This document shows positions 24,837 to 37,126 of a stretch of 64,000 nucleotides of DNA, one piece after another. Origin of the DNA: Hormiphora californensis (Eukaryota; Animalia; Ctenophora); assembly GCA_020137815.1 (NCBI GenBank), contig CM035352.1:1612001-1676000 (forward strand), written 5' to 3'. The notes beneath the pieces are model-generated. The model made no database searches. It was not told the origin of the DNA and saw nothing but the letters and a program-made list of their open reading frames with translations. The position numbers and the translations under genes are program-made. Each line of letters opens with the position of its first letter. Position 1 is the stretch's first letter.

Positions 24837-27800
24837 AATGTTTCCCTTTTCCTCGAGCTGCGAAGAAGGACGCAACGCTCGAGCGAAACCCATAGGGCAG
24901 TTATACAATAGGGCAGTAACGGCAATTCATCAACTTATTAGCAAGTCATTCGTTTCAACACACCAGGCGGACAGAGTGAGTGAGGGGCCAGGGGGTGATC
25001 TTGAAAATACTAAAATTGTTCTGCTTCGGTGGTAAATACTAAAACAAGTAAAAAACAGTAAGCGGAAACAACGAAAAAACCATCAAATTAATTATTCGTA
25101 TTTATCTTAGCACCTGATAGCACAAGCTTAGTTCAAGGAATTTTAGACAGACTAGATTGGAATAATATAATTAGTCTAGGGTTAGACCTAGCATCACTTT
25201 AATTGGAGTCGGGCTATTGGTATGGAGACCCAAAACAACCGAAGGGCATGATTGAATATAATTTACTGAGAAGTGCAAGAGATTGTAAAACGAATAACAA
25301 CGAAGAAGCCTTCGAAATATGAAATGCCAACCAGATTTGTGGAACCTGGGTATTGGGTAGCACACCGAGAAACTCTTAGCGAACCATGAAATTTATATTC
25401 GTAGTAACCATTGATCCAACTGCAGTACTTCAAAACGAAAATCAAGATTATCTACATTCTACAAACCCTTACATTTACTGTATATTTACTGTACCGAGCT
25501 TGCAGATAATACTGAAGATCATCCATTAGATCGATAAGCAACAAATGAAGGAAAGAATTAAAAGATTCTTCTAACTTGCCTAGACTGAGAAATAGCCGTT
25601 ACATTTGTCCAGTAAGAAGCCGTAATCATAAATTTCAACTGTGCCTTACTAAGACCTGGTTACTGTTATGTGTCTCCATTGCCCTGCTCCACCCTATTTT
25701 ACCGGGTTTGAACAAAACAAGGTCTCAAAACTACAACAAATAAGGGAGAAACAACAAGGTCTCAACACTACAACAAATAAGGGAGAAACAACAACTGTTT
25801 GAGGCTGATGGGTAGTTTGTAGAGGGGGTTACAACGCCAATTAGTTATACATTTAGTGAAACATGTCACATGGCTGTCTGAGAGAGAGGTCCTTGGAGGG
25901 GAGAGCAGCTCGACCAGGGCAGTTAGGAACGAGAATTAGAGCGTCTGGTTTTCTTAGTAAATGTTTCTATCTTGACACATAGTGACAGGGTATCCCTCTC
26001 TTTTTATCCCTCTCTTTCTATCCCTCTCTTTCTCTCTCTTATGTGTGATATAAAATACAGAGGGAGAAGAGCTGTTATATATCGAAGACTAAAATAAATA
26101 CTGCCAAAATCATTAAAAAGTGAACTCGAACAAGTACCATCAAGCATTACCATATAATAGCAAAATACCAAATGTCTCGAACGACAAGAGACCCATTTGC
26201 CCACCGTTTTATACCGTGTTGGGGGTTACCAAGCGTTTCCAATCTCACGCTCCACAGCTCCACCCATGGTGGTTGCAGCTGACTGCTTTTCACAGCTCAG
26301 TAACCTTACAATTGTCACAGCTCGGTGAATTGTCAGATTATACAACAAGGGGGGGTTGCACAGCTGTTCTATTGTGCTCTAACCGATATAATATACTACG
26401 TGGTATAATTTTCATTTCTAATTCTCAGCCATGCGAGAAATATAATATTTCTAAACATCCATTAGTCGGGTCTTTCATCTTCCAATCTCTTTAAATTTTT
26501 GCCCCCACCTGTGACATTTCATGCGTCATGCTCTCTTTCTGACTCTCAATCACCATCCACCAATATCCTGTATGTTCATTCGTTATTTCATTCTCATCTT
26601 AACAACACGCCTTCTAGGTACCCAGTGCGAGCACGATAAATCGGATACTGCGAAACAAAGTTACTGAGACAGTCAAACCCAAAATTGAACTCTCCAACGC
26701 CCAAACACAAATAAAAACGGAGCCAGAGGTTCGTCATATTTGAATTCTTCAAAAACAATTCTAAACTGATAGATTTTTCACATCTCACATTTGTCTAAAA
26801 CAACCCGAATTCTCAAAATTACTATTTCAGGACTACAGTTCTCCCTCCTCCTGCCCACCGATGCAGGGACTCTACACGATGCCATTCGTACACACAGGTA
26901 TAAAAGTGGATTTTTAGGAAATTAGGACATGTTAATACATAGCTAGTGTTTGCACTGTCAGGGCAATAAACCGGCTAGCCATGGTTAAGACAGATCATAG
27001 TCCTCATTTCTACGAACTTCCCCATTATTCAGTCAACTGTATCTACTTTTCTTGACAGATCAAATGAGTAGAAAAAGGCCGAGACGACATAGAACAACCA
27101 GCAATACTAGCAGTGGTTCGAGTTGCTATCAACGGACTCCAGTGGACGGCTACCCCCGATCTCAAAGTGCAACACCCGGAAAGGTAACTAAAACTTTGGG
27201 AACTTTACACCGATAATTCTTGTTGCAAAGTAGCAATATTATTAGCTCACTCTACTTTTTCATTAGGTACAGTCTTGGGTTTTCTGAGATTTTATCCCGT
27301 ACTATGAACATTTTAAACTTGTTTGTCTTGTGACAATTGGGAATTGCATAAAATAATGATCACATACCCCTCTCTCTCTCCCTCTCTCTCTCACTCGTGA
27401 TGCCACAGTTTCACGTGTTTCTATCACGTGACCCCTAAATGGGGCAGCTCTGTAACTGTGGGATCATGTTACACGTGTGGGGGTCCCTAATTAAGGGAGC
27501 AGGGGGCACAGAATAATGGGCAATACACCTGCTAGATGGTTCCTGCTGCAATGAGGGCGGCAGACAAACTGATATATTACTGACTATTACCAACTGATAG
27601 TAGGTGCCTAGATAAACCATAGCGTGTAAAAAGCAAGCCTGTTTTTAGTTTTAGCCGCTAAAGTAAACTAAAGTATCCTGGCTTAGTAGTGGCTTATTTG
27701 AAGTATACACTCGTCCCTTCGATCAGATTGAATATCGTATACAACCTGCTACATGTTCCAAACCCGGCCCGGGTGCAACCATCCAATCGTCATACAGGTT

Positions 27801-28521
27801 AGGAAGTTAAACTACCACACGCTGGAATGACGTGTTACATAGTAGCACTGTTACCAGGCAACCGAACTACTTTTCACAGAAACTCGGTAAACTCAGTTAA
27901 CTTGATAGTACAACTTCAAGTTATTCATACGAAGGGAACTTCACGAATGCACTCAGCAAACAGGCATTAAATCAAACCCCAACAAACAATATATATATTG
28001 AAGATTTGGTTGCAGCACCTGTTAGCTTAATATTAGAGACTAAGACAGCTCCTTCACCACGGGTATACTCTACCACCACGGTATAGACTCTATAGAGCTT
28101 GTCAACAACTGCAATACTGAGGGCTAAAGATAGTGCTCAATCCGTGCTCAATCGGTAGTATATCAGCTACAAATGAGGTGAAACATTCACTTCAGCAAAC
28201 CGGGGGAGGGGGAAAAAGTTAAGACCACCGGGAAAAATATAGGCCGCACCGATGGATTTTTTGGTAAACAACGCGGTTTATAACAGCTATAAGAGATAGA
28301 GACTAAAGCTATAACAGCGACTAGAACTGGAGGTTTTTAGCGAGAAGCTAGAGAGACTTAGCAGGTAGAGTGTTGTGGGGAGAGAGGGAGGGACACTGAA
28401 GAGGTTGCGGGGAGAGAATAGTGATCTGCCGGTCACTCGACCATACACAACACCACGTGGGACAAATGACTACCACGGAGAGAGAATGGGGGCTCGAGGT
28501 GATATATATAGATGGCGGCAC

Positions 28522-28570
<49 letters not shown>

Positions 28571-30005
28571 AGAAGTTGAAAGGTGATCAACCGTGTCAGA
28601 AGCCCAATCACTGAGGCATCAAAGCGAAACACTGCTAATCACAGAAACTATCTCTCAAGATCACCCTCTCTAACTTTTCTACCTCTCTATGATCTACTAT
28701 AGATATCACTCTCTCTAACCGTGTCTCCGTTCATCGTATATTCGTAACGCTCAGTTCCTCGCCCTCTAAACTTTCGGATCATACCCACTATTATTCACCC
28801 TAGTAAATATAGCTCCAATTCCTCGCCCTTACAATATATTCGCTATCTCTATATCTTACCTATTTCTTTCCCCTCCGAATTCTTCCAAATGGACTACTAC
28901 CTTATGTCTGACTCCAATATCCGACTCCAATATCTAATAAATTTCCCTGTAGGTTGATCCCCTCAGCTCGCAGCTGGTTCCAAATGTTCACGCTTCCTTG
29001 GATGCCATTAAGTGTAAGTTGAGTGTGTTGAAATCGCTTTAAATTTGTCCATGTTTATTGTTTTTGATGATTATTTTTGTGTTATTAAAAGTGACACAAA
29101 ATCCACATCTTATTCGTTTCACCCCTCTCAGTGAGTCCGGGTGAGAGCAGTTCCTGCCAGCAAGTTTCAGGAGGCGGAGTCCAACAGTTCATAACTCCAC
29201 CAGCACACGCTCTACAGCATCAAAGCTGTTCCTATGGCAACAACCAACAACTACCAATGACAGAATCTTTACTATCGGCCGTGTTGACTGACCATCATCC
29301 CCCACCAGCTGTTCTTGAACCACAAACCAGCAGCCCTTTACAGAGGTACAGCTGGACCTCGATCTAACGATTTACCAATTAAATTCGTGTCTGCCAACTA
29401 TTTACCATTCAATACCTAACTCAATACACATCCTAGTTCGTCTTAGAATAAACTTCAGTACTTAATCCAATTCAATACCCATCCTAGTTCGTGTTGCTAT
29501 GGATTCCCAACCCACATACACACCACCGCAACCACTACCCCGTCCAACTGGAGATCCATCGTGGACTACAGCTGCAGCAGTACGTGGGTTTCAGTACCAC
29601 AGTCCTGACACTAACGGTACGTGACTCCAGCACTTCTCAATTTAGATTTGTACTAGTCCAATGCAATGCCTGAGAAAACTGTAACAAACTGTTTCGGTTG
29701 ATTACTTTATGAAGGTGCACAAGCAATTGACTAATCTGATAGCACCGGCTGACCGACTCACTAGATAGTGCTGAACGTACACACTTCTTTAATGCAAAGC
29801 TGCGTCTGCTTACAGTATTTGAGAACAGTTTCTCCACTACAAAATGCAGGTATCCTAACTAACTAATCTACATTCAGGTGGGTGGGTGGATGGAAAGTGG
29901 CCGATGATCAGCCCTCCTCCACCAGGAGGATGGATACCACCACCCTCTGTCACGTGGTCTCCTACCTTCCCCTATAACACCTCTCTAGACACCTCCGGTT
30001 TGTGA
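22255..30005 (+). CDS. Pax: Paired-box transcription factor, Pax2/5/8/B-type paired domain, no complete homeodomain; exons 22255-22261, 22320-22443, 22536-22597, 23429-23501, 23626-23707, 26618-26728, 26831-26897, 27059-27183, 27727-27797, then less certain 28953-29013, 29132-29345, 29488-29616, 29878-30005
   Basis: Spliced translation [123 protein letters not shown]; Pro/Ser/Thr-rich C-terminus; two 3' junctions have unresolved phase. Confidence 0.95.
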
Positions 30006-31533
30006 TCCAGGTCTTGATGAGACTCACACTCCTTGGACAATATTATATACCAACTGAGAATTGCTGACAGATCGATTTTGCTGATCTGACAAATTGAGCG
30101 TATAAAATATGAAAGTGATGGGTATTGCTAGATATGGATTTGGGGGATTGAGGGACCTGATATAATTGTAAATATAATATTCCGAGTTCGAAATCTAGAG
30201 AAGAGAAATGCAAAACGCCTTCTGAACTGAGTGAATCAGAGAAATTTCATTTAAGAAGTTTAAACTGTTTTAGAATTTTAGATTGCTATTGTCATGTAAC
30301 TTATACTTAAATCCAAAGTTCATACCCAATTGAAATGTTTATTGCCTACTACTTGATTCCAACGGGTGCTGAATTCAACATGCAGTTTGGTTATTTAGGG
30401 GATGGGTTTATAGGGTCCTACTTGACGGGTTCTCTAGTAGACCAAAACAAGGGCTGCCTGCGACAGTCCCTGAGGAAGATAGTGAGTCATTATATAAAAG
30501 GGTGTAAAATAATATGTGTATCAATATCATTATTTTTCCCATATATCTGGGAACATTTTAAATGCAATCGACCATCCAAAACAAGATTTCGAGAAGTTTT
30601 TGTATCCAGTAACGAGTCCGAACCGCTACATTTTACGCGTTTTCTCGCATTATTTTTCCACTTCTTCCTGCTCATTTTCCGATTTCTTCACCCCATCCTC
30701 CTTCTCCACCGTCTTCTCCGTCTTCAATAACCTTCCTCTTCTTACATTCTCCATCTTCTTCCCTCAGTATCCAGCTTCCTTCTCACCAGACAAAATGGCC
30801 TCTTTTGAGAGCAGGGCCATGTCGTTTTTGCTCTCTTGCTCCAATGGTTCCTTGCAAGGGCTGCAGTGTTCCATCTTTGGCAGCTGTATTATTGCTGTGA
30901 CTGGTTTTTTGGGGTCTTCTCAGCCAACCTCTCGGCCTTGAGTGCATTCGTGAAGTTCATGACATACTGGGCGTCCTTGCACTTCCCCAGTGCAGCTGAT
31001 AACAACGTCACAAGTTGTTCTTCGCACAGGGAAAAGTTAAAGTTCTCCAACAGGTATTCGAGCAAGGGAATTCGATGTCCAATTATTAAAAATGCCTGAA
31101 GTTGTTGTAGAAGTCCAGAAACAAGACCGAACTCGCAAGCGATAACCATGACTAAATCAAGATGGGAACGCTTTTTGTCTCGTTCAGAATTTGAGAAAAA
31201 TGAAATTGAATGGCGTTTGTTGTAGCGGGAACTTTCGAAAGAAGGTACATCAAAAATCCTTTATTACCAAATTTAGTCAACGAATCGATTGCCAGAAGAC
31301 CAAAATCCCAGTAAGCAGTAACATTTTCAACTGAGTTTGGGAGACGGTTTTTGTAGAATTCCAGGCATCCGTTTTTGCCCACTCAACTTTAAACACGCCC
31401 ACCATCTTGACAAGATCGCTGAACACTTTGAACTCAGTGGTGTCTGTGAGCTTCTCAAGGGTCCCTGAATAACACATATCAGCAAAGATTCGGACCGATT
31501 CTGGTTCAAAATCAGACATATCATGGTCTAGCT

Positions 31534-34041
31534 TAGAGTGTCGGATTTTGAAATAATCTTTCCACTTCCATCTTTACTAGACGTATTTTTTCACGCTGAT
31601 TCCGAATCTGTCATTTGTTTTGATCACGACCACGTCATCCCCTGGAGAAGCCCTCCTGAATGAATTGCTTGTGCGTCGCGTTGCAGTGCTGTCACTAGGC
31701 GCTCTCTCTCGCCAATTAGCTGCGCTCGCAAATTTACACACAACTGTGCCACCGAGCTGAGATGGATCTCAACGAAGCTGCTCACGGTCAAATTTTGAGT
31801 TTAAACGCCAAGACAATTAAGATCCAATCCATCATCAATTGATCATTTGCTAATGAATTGGACCTGTTGCTTGGTTCGTATTCCAGGTTGAGTTTCAGGA
31901 AATATCGATATTTCCTGAAAACTCAACTGGACTGGAATCACGAACCAAACAACAGAAAAAAAGATCTAAAAGGAGAAATACCCAGTTAGCCATCTAATAT
32001 AAAATCATTAGGGTGAGTAGGAAGTGCCCAATCTCTATCACTTTAAGCCGGGGTTATGTCTTCAACACGTGACAAATCACGTGCTTCGAGAAAGAGATTC
32101 GATATTTCGATTGTAAAAATGGTAGTTTATTATCCTTTTTTGACAACCTCAATGACGTTTGGCACTTTAAACGATTTATCGGTTCTGAAAAGATCGATCC
32201 GCCTCCAGCCCCACATATGTGTTGACTCAGCGAAACGTCCTCTCCCATTTCTTGCCGTTTCGAACGTGGATCAGCTTGCCTCCGGGTCCCCCAGACGAGT
32301 TCCCGTTGACGACGACGTCTTACTCTGACTGCTCGAGCTATTTCGGGGCTTTTTGTCAATAATGGCGTTACAACAGTTTTAGAATTTAATATTAAAAAAG
32401 TAAGTGGCCCTGAGTATTATACGTGTTCTTTAGTATATTGAATGTTCTCTACTACTTGCAATAGTTCTCTACTATTTCTCGGATTAAATTATTTCTATCC
32501 TTGTTTTTGCCCAGGGCTTTGAAAGAAACTGTTTGACAATACCAAGAAAGCAAGAAAACGGTCATCGAATCAAAAAGCCAAGTTTGAATCTGAGTTACTC
32601 TGCAACATATTCATGTCTACCCACTCATTATTTGGCAAGCAAAAGGTAGATTTATTGCTGATTCTGAACAATTGTCTGTCTAGCTTAGTATGTTATCATC
32701 ATATTGTAGTACAGGGTGTTCTACTGTCCTTGCGTGACCTGCAATTTTGAGTCTTGACGGGGCTCGATTAAATTGATCATATTTCATCAAAAATAGGTCA
32801 AAATGGCTCTAACAAAAACAGTGTTGTAGATAATTGTCAGGCAAACATTTTTCCTGACAATTCTCTAATCTCTATGTAACACTGTTTTTGTTAGATTAAA
32901 CATTTTGACCTATTTTTCGATGAGATATGATTAATTTAATGGAGCCCAGTCATGAATCAAAATTGCAGGCCATGCAAAGATAGTGGGACAACCCTGTACT
33001 GTACATCTGCTCCGAGACCAATTATTGTTACCTTGTATTTTCAGGCATCTCCACCATCTCAATCATCCAAGATGTTCGACTACTTCCAGTGCATGATAAA
33101 AGTTTTAATAAACTAAGTTGAACTTCAAAGCTACATCACTTTTTGAGCTAACAGTGCGAAAAAGGTTTGTCAATTATAATATTTTGATTCTTGTCTTATA
33201 CTCCTCTTTTTGTGTATGAATCATTATATTTACATTAAACTACATACTTTCATTTACCACATTCATTTTGCAGGACCGCGATGAATTTTCTGGCCAGTGG
33301 ACTTTTGTATCAAACACTGGAAAGGTCTGCTTGGTGAGTGAGCCCCCCATTGTCCGGGGAGAGGATTTGCAACAATACTTACAACTCCTCTGGTCACAAC
33401 GTTCCGTGCCACACACAACACGTGGAACGGAACGTGGCCCTCACATCCAAGTGTGTCGACCGCATCACCGGGCTATGAGGCAAGTGGGTATGGCCCTGGC
33501 AGTAAAACGGAACCGAGAGGGAAAACCCAGGGAAGGTTCGTGTAGGAAAACTACAACGTCGCATGGATCGGCAGAGGGACTTTTAATAGAACTAGAGACA
33601 ATTTTAACCTAGTTATGTGTACCATGCGTGACAACATGTATAATTTACAACCTGTTTTATTTAACAGATTACACTATTACAGTTTTTAGCTTCTGTGAAG
33701 TTTGCTTGAGAGATGAGATTGAGATATTACTTTATTTTATGCCACCAAGTTACAAAGTGTTTGTCCAGAGTTCTCGAAATTACTGAACTGAGAAGACAGC
33801 AACTCCGTTGAGATCCATCTCAGGTGACACAGCTGTGTGTAAATTTGCGAGCGCAGCTAATTGGCGAGAGAGAGCGCATAGTGACAGCACTGCAACGCGA
33901 CGCACAAGCAATTCATCAGGAGGGCTTCTCCAGAGATGACGTGGTCGTAGATCAAAACAAATGACAGATTCGGAATCAGCGTGAAAAAATACGTCTAGTA
34001 AAGATGGAAGTGGAAAGATTATTTCAAAATCCGACACTCTA
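31534..34041 (+). mobile_element. Non-autonomous hAT-superfamily (hATm-like) element, 2508 bp, inserted in the BTB coding sequence
   Basis: About 240-bp TIRs beginning tagagtgtcgg; 8-bp TSD gtctagct at 31526-31533 and 34042-34049; frameshifted internal exons 32152-32399 and 32515-32645. Confidence 0.92.
32712..32996. mobile_element. Tc1/mariner-type MITE nested in the hAT element
   Basis: TA|cagggtg ... accctg|TA with long imperfect arms. Confidence 0.8.
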
Positions 34042-34185
34042 GTCTAGCTCCCCCTCCTCCTCAATAATATTCTTCAGGACAGGTGACACTTTGGCGAGAA
34101 TGTAAGAGTTCAGAGGAATGGTTGTGCAGTCTTTAAGAGTAAAGCTGACATTGTTATGGGCCGGTAAATCGAGGTACTCTCTCTT

Positions 34186-36023
34186 GGGCACGTCGCGCCC
34201 CCCATGTTCGCGCGCCCGTAGGGCGATCCCCTCACATAGGGGGCACAGTCACGACTAGGGCACTCGTAGAATGCTTCGTTCTGCTTAAACGGCGCTAGTT
34301 AGCGTTTTAATTTTTGGATTTTCTGATCGGTCATGTTTCAAATGAATGCAACGAACATGTCTCGATTTGAAACTCTCAAAAACCGTGGCGTAATCGCCGA
34401 TTTGCTCAAATCGGTTTTTGGCAATTACGGGAGAACGGAATATCCATAAAACCCAAAATTTCTGGATAATGTTAGAGGAGACAATTTGACACCTTCGTGT
34501 CGAAGGATTTGTCCTCTATTCTTCTGGTTCTTCAACTAACTGACGGCCATTTGAATTAATTTGACCTCTCTTCCCCCAACCCTTAGTCCCAGTAAACGAC
34601 AGCTTTTATAAGTAACCATCTTTTTTTCCCAGGTAGAGAATCCTTGAACTGGTGCAACGTATAGGGGATAAGCCAGAAACGATTTCTGGACAAAGGAATC
34701 GACTCTCAAAGTTGGATGATTTCAAACAGTGATTGGACTTTTTGGGACACTTTGACTTTAAAAAGACTGATACATTTTATCATTTTCCGACATAATTTTA
34801 CCTAATTTGACCAATAAAAGTGTTAATTAATCGTTAATGCTTAATTAAGAAAATCGGACGCGCAAATATACAAACGCGCTTGTTTTGGACAGAAAATTGC
34901 GCGCGCGTGAAGAATCTTCAAAGTGAATCGTGAGCGGCGCGAACTGAAAAAGTTGTGCGGTTTTTTTTTTCGAAACTCGAAAAGTCAAGTATAAAGAATA
35001 TTTTGCGCACTATGCCATGCGGACCAGGACCCATCCTCTTAACCCGTTCTAAGGGCCTGCAGCAAAGACAAAACTACGACCTACAGAAAGTTCAGAACAG
35101 TGCGACACGATACATTTATGGGAAAAAGAGGAAAAAACGCGATGTAACAAAACTTCGCATGAAATCACACTCTCTGCCTGTGAAACAGCGAATAGAGTAC
35201 AAAATTTGCTTGATGGTATAACAGACTCTTCATGATCAATCCCCTCCATACATGTCTGAGATGTTAGTGAAGCGGCCCCAGAAAGTGAAATCATCCCGAG
35301 TGGATAATGACGTCACCCCGCTCTGAAGAGGTGCGGAGAAGTGAGTACCACTACGAAAACACTAGAGGCGCTTTCAGTATTGCTGTACCTAAATTATGGA
35401 ATCAGCTACCACGATCAATCCGGGACTCAGAATCCCTTACTACTTTTAAAACATCCCTGAAGACGCACTTGTTCTTTAGATCGGCAAAATAATCCTCACT
35501 TCCCTACATTTGGTAATGGTACATCCACATGTATTCCTGAGTAACTACTATCTCCAACTCCTATTCCTGATTCCTGGGCTCCCTTTTTCTCGTGTATTCC
35601 TTCACATCGATACCTGTATCCTTTCTCTCCTACATTATTCCGTGTTGATCCCTGGGTCCTTTTACTCCTACTTTCACTCGACATTGATCCTGGGTCCTCT
35701 ACTCCTACCTCCTCCACATTGATTTTCGGGTCCTTTACTACAACACTCCTCCATATCGATTCCTGGGTCCTTTCCTACCTTGCTCCACATATCCCTGGGT
35801 CCTTTCCAACCTCCTTCACATCGATCCCTGGGTCATTTTTCCTACCTCCTCCACATCGATTCCTGGGTCCTTTCCCTACCTTGCTCCACATCGATCCTTG
35901 GGTCCTTTCCCAACCTCATATACATCGATCCCTGGGCCCTTTACTTTCTCCTACCTCCTCCACATCGATCCCTGGGTCCTTTTCCTTGCGGCTGCTCCAT
36001 ATCGAGCACATCCTCATTCCTCA
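34186..36023 (+). mobile_element. 1.84-kb composite dispersed repeat (Helentron-like) carrying a LINE RT C-terminal fragment and a roughly 30-bp tandem array; copy 1
   Basis: Near-identical to 48255-50081; flanks ctt|gggcacg ... cctca|t with no TSD; removal restores the BTB start ATG AAT CTA AAG AGA. Confidence 0.85.
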
Positions 36024-37026
36024 TAGATTCATGTGTTAGTAAGGGTTGGGAAGTAGCGGGTGGATCAAATGCCGTCTCAGGCTTACTTTGCGTTCAGCTG
36101 TTTCAGGATGCTACATATAGTTGAGGGGGCATTGGCAGAGAGTGTTGGTTGGCATCGAGGGATAGAAGGAGATGGGGCGCCGGGGGTTATATGCGAGGTA
36201 AGGAGGGGAAGGGAGGAGAAGTGAAGAATAGGGGGGGAGGAAAGAATACGGAAGGGGGAGGGTGTGTAGTTTAACCCCCACCTTTTTAAACCCAGTCTAG
36301 AGGTAGCTGTACGGGCATTTGTTGAAACACAATTATAGTTTAGTTGTATCGGGGTGTGGACAGTGGTCCCCATATTAGGGGATACCCACCGTTGCAGTGC
36401 ACTGACTGTACAGTTAACACCAGCACACCGTCACAGTATCCGGCACTCAGGCCCCTAAGCTTGCGCCGGGCGAAAGGAGGAACAGTCTATATGAGACATG
36501 TGAGTCCCGGTACTCAACCTAACAAACTCTTTTCTATGCATGCCTGTGTGAGGGCCGGTATGGAGTTAACGTTTAAATTAATTTAATGGGGGACCGGGAC
36601 CCACTGATGGGAAGCCCTATTTTCTTTTATTGTATAAAAACTTTTTGATGTTGTAAACATGTAAACCCTCTAGTGTGTTTAACATGGACGAAACTGGGGA
36701 AATTGACGAGTGACGAAATTGGAATAAATCTGATGAACTATAAAAACCCAGGATTTGGATGGCCCTCCAAAATTTTATCACTTTTCTAAATTGGATACTG
36801 CGTTCTGGATATGTGGTTAGTATCCCACGCTTGGCACTCTCTCAGATACTCAGCAGAAGTGATTGCTATCAGTAGTTATGCATGTGTACTGTGTTACCCC
36901 AGAAAACAAAAGTACATCACCGATCTGACTGAATTAATTGTGCTTTCTCTCAAAAAATATACAATCCCATCTACGTGCCTAATTCTCTCTCTCTCTCTCT
37001 TGTCTCTGTCTCTCTCTCTCACTCCG

Positions 37027-37126
37027 NNNNNNNNNNNNNNNNNNNNNNNNNNNNNNNNNNNNNNNNNNNNNNNNNNNNNNNNNNNNNNNNNNNNNNNNNN
37101 NNNNNNNNNNNNNNNNNNNNNNNNNN
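37027..37126. other. Assembly gap (100 N)
   Basis: Run of n. Confidence 1.

Larger units (their letters stand above)
30340..36032 (-). pseudogene. BTB/POZ-domain gene disrupted by two transposon insertions and several frameshifts
   Basis: Joining 36032-36024, 34185-34042 and 31525 downward gives MNLKREYLDLPAHNNVSFTLKDCTTIPLNSYILAKVSPVLKNIIEEEGELDHDMSDFEPESVRIFADMCYSG...KMVGVFKVEWAK; later frameshifts near 31375, 31175 and 30915; 3' limit approximate. Confidence 0.85.

Noticed and set aside
35640-36000. ORFs and repeat-spacer appearance in the cacatcgatccctgggtcc array (also 49700-50050)
   Set aside because: Degenerate tandem repeat inside a mobile element; open frames arise from lack of stops
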